Shown here: one piece after another, positions 61,778-64,000 of the stretch
Layout of the letters: each line of letters opens with the position of its first letter
Numbering within the stretch: position 1 is the first letter of the stretch
NCBI GenBank assembly: GCA_036339735.1
Contig: JAYZAL010000036.1
Location: 1 to 64,000 of the forward strand
DNA from: Candidatus Poribacteria bacterium
GTDB taxonomy: Bacteria > Poribacteria > WGA-4E > UBA9662
Reading direction: 5' to 3'
Length of the DNA stretch: 64,000 nucleotides
The notes under the pieces: model-generated
What the model saw: only the letters and a program-made list of their open reading frames with translations
The model's database searches: none
What the model was told of the DNA's origin: nothing
Program-made: the position numbers and the translations under genes

Positions 61778-64000
61778 TTGAAAGTAGAAATGCAACTAGG
61801 GAGAGAACAGATCTCCATAGAGACAGGAAAAGTTGCCAAACAGGCAGACGGTTCCGCTTGGGTGAAGTATGGTGGGACAGTTGTTTTAGTAACAGCGGTA
61901 GCAGCTAGAAGAGAAGCGAATGTAGATTTTTTACCCTTAACTGTTGATTACAGGGAACGTGGATATGCAGGTGGAAAAATACCGGGTGTGTACGGCCGGA
62001 GAGAGCCGAGACCTGGTATTCCTGAGCAATTGACATCTCGGTTAATTGACCATTGTATTCGCCCTTTATTTCCAAAGGGATATAATCAAGAAGTTCAAGT
62101 TATGTGCTCGGTACTCTCTTATGACAAGGAAAATTTAGCGAATGTACCAGCCTTAATTGGTACATCAGCAGCATTGAGTATGTCTGATATACCTTTCAAT
62201 GGTCCTGTCGGTGGTGTCGTCGTGGGGCGGATTGATAATCGATTAATTGTCAACCCAACCTCGGAGGAAATGGAGCGTTGTGATCTAGAGCTTTTTGTTA
62301 GTGGTAACCAGAGTGCAGTTATGTCTGTTGAAGGACACCTACACGAAGTTCCAGAAGATGAAGTGATTGATGCTATTGTTTTTGCCCACGAACAAATCAA
62401 AGAAATTATTAAGCTACAAGATGAACTGCTTGCCGTTTGTGGTAAAGACAAACGTAAGTTTGAGCCAAAGACTATCGACAATGATTTTCGTCAGAAAGTG
62501 ACTGATTTAGTCGGTGAGAGGGTTCGTGAGTCTATTGGTATAGCCGACAAGCAAGAGCGAAGTACACTGTCAGAAGAATTAAAAAATGACATCCTGGATC
62601 AACTCATTTCTTCAACCACAGATGAAGAAGATGCGGAAAACTACGCCCAAGATACAGATGCAATCCTTAAAGATTTGGAAAAGCATGAGATGAGAGAGTC
62701 AATTCTCACTCAAGGCACTCGTATTGACGGTCGAAGCGCAACTGAAGTGCGGCCGATCTCAGGTGAAGTTGCGTTGCTACCACATGCACATGGTTCATCA
62801 CTATTTACTAGGGGCGAGACACAAGCTCTCTGTGCGGTGACTTTAGGCACATCACTAGATGAGGACATAGAACGTAGTTTAGCCGGAGAAAAAAATAAGC
62901 CTTTCTTTTTACACTACAATTTTCCTCCCTATAGTGTGGGAGAAGTTCGACGAATCATGGGCCCTGGCCGACGAGAAATCGGCCATGGTTCTCTTGCAGA
63001 AAGCGCAATCAAAGCAGTTGTTCCAAACAAAGAAGAGTTTAACTATACAATCCGCGTGGTATCCGAAATTTTAGAGTCTAACGCGTCATCATCCATGGCA
63101 ACGGTCTGTGGTACAACAATGGCCTTGCTTGATGCTGGCGTACCCTTAAAAAAACCTGTTGCTGGTGTTGGAGTTGGCCTTGTTAAGGATGGAGATAGAG
63201 AGGCCATACTGACCGATATGGTCGGTATGGAGGACTTTCTAGGAGATATGGACTTCAAGGTAGCAGGTACGCGAGACGGTGTTACTGCTATCCAAATGGA
63301 CATAAAGATCGACGGTGTCACACCGGAATTAATGAAACGAGCTATTCATCAATCTCGTGAGTCTCGTTTGTTTGTCTTGGAAAAGATGGAGCAAATCATA
63401 GGAGCACCGAGTGCAGAGTTATCACCCCATGCTCCTCGCATTAACACGATTAAAATCCCAGTTGAAAAAATTAAGGATGTAATTGGGCCACGTGGTAAGG
63501 TCGTACAGCAAATTCAAGAAGAGACTGGTGTCACTATCAGTATTGAAGATGACGGTCGTGTAGAGATTGCATCCACAGACGCAAATGCGGCTATGGCTGC
63601 GGAGGAAAAAGTTAGGGAAATAACAGCTGTCCCAGAGGTAGACAAGGAATATACAGGTGAAGTCGTTCGCATTGCCCCATTCGGTGCTTTTGTTAAAATC
63701 TTACCTAATTGCGATGGAATGGTTCATATTTCACAAATGGGTAATGGGTATGTACGTCAGGTGGAGGATATTTTAGCCGTTGGCGATACAGTTCAAGTCC
63801 GAGTTCTATCTATCGATGATCAAAAACGGGTCGATCTGACTTTGTGTGGAGAAAGTGCCGAGAAGGCAAATGAGATATCGGCTAACACACCACCGAGAGA
63901 GGACGCACCATCTAGGGATAACTCTGGGCCTCGAAGGAGTTCGAATTACCGCGACGGCGGAAACCGACGCCGAGAACGTGGCAGTGGTCGTTCCGGAGGC
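61778..64000 (+). CDS. pnp: Polynucleotide phosphorylase (3' end truncated; absent from ORF track)
   Basis: Hand-translated: ETGKVAKQADGS, DFLPLTVDY, FTRGETQ, HYNFPPYSVGE..RREIGHG, GDMDFKVAGT, KH and S1 domains. SD AAGGAG. No stop seen before window end. Confidence 0.96.
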   Translation, partial: MKVEMQLGREQISIETGKVAKQADGSAWVKYGGTVVLVTAVAARREANVDFLPLTVDYRERGYAGGKIPGVYGRREPRPGIPEQLTSRLIDHCIRPLFPKGYNQEVQVMCSVLSYDKENLANVPALIGTSAALSMSDIPFNGPVGGVVVGRIDNRLIVNPTSEEMERCDLELFVSGNQSAVMSVEGHLHEVPEDEVIDAIVFAHEQIKEIIKLQDELLAVCGKDKRKFEPKTIDNDFRQKVTDLVGERVRESIGIADKQERSTLSEELKNDILDQLISSTTDEEDAENYAQDTDAILKDLEKHEMRESILTQGTRIDGRSATEVRPISGEVALLPHAHGSSLFTRGETQALCAVTLGTSLDEDIERSLAGEKNKPFFLHYNFPPYSVGEVRRIMGPGRREIGHGSLAESAIKAVVPNKEEFNYTIRVVSEILESNASSSMATVCGTTMALLDAGVPLKKPVAGVGVGLVKDGDREAILTDMVGMEDFLGDMDFKVAGTRDGVTAIQMDIKIDGVTPELMKRAIHQSRESRLFVLEKMEQIIGAPSAELSPHAPRINTIKIPVEKIKDVIGPRGKVVQQIQEETGVTISIEDDGRVEIASTDANAAMAAEEKVREITAVPEVDKEYTGEVVRIAPFGAFVKILPNCDGMVHISQMGNGYVRQVEDILAVGDTVQVRVLSIDDQKRVDLTLCGESAEKANEISANTPPREDAPSRDNSGPRRSSNYRDGGNRRRERGSGRSGG

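Overview
AT-rich bacterial chromosome segment, mostly housekeeping genes. It carries an orphan groEL, trpF-rtcB, tRNA-Ala(GGC), tsaB, hemE-hemH, pheS, proA, tRNA-Pro(GGG), hom-ask-yceD-rpmF-fabH/D/G-acpP-fabF-folK, nfuA, ackA, clpB, an Omp85 paralogue, and the rimP-nusA-infB-rbfA-truB-ribF-rpsO-pnp cluster (pnp truncated by the window end). Three PhyH-type dioxygenases, a sulfatase and secreted proteins ending in 'NYPNPFNPETWIPYQL' suggest Candidatus Poribacteria (inference only). Best leads: (1) a small locus at ~15.5-15.9 kb with a DUF2829/Tad2-like ORF between two convergent TTGACA-N18-TACGAT promoters and a 5'-3' pairing that would hide its RBS, resembling a type I toxin-antitoxin or antisense-controlled module; (2) two ~1,600-aa cohesin/tandem-Ig surface proteins with T9SS type A-like and type B-like C-terminal domains, the latter directly followed by a PorV/PorQ-like barrel; (3) a ferrochelatase with an N-terminal 4-Cys insertion; (4) a divergent acetate kinase; (5) a sigma-54-type promoter for clpB. 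No CRISPR array, rRNA, integrase or transposase was seen. All family assignments come from motif recognition by eye, not database searches.
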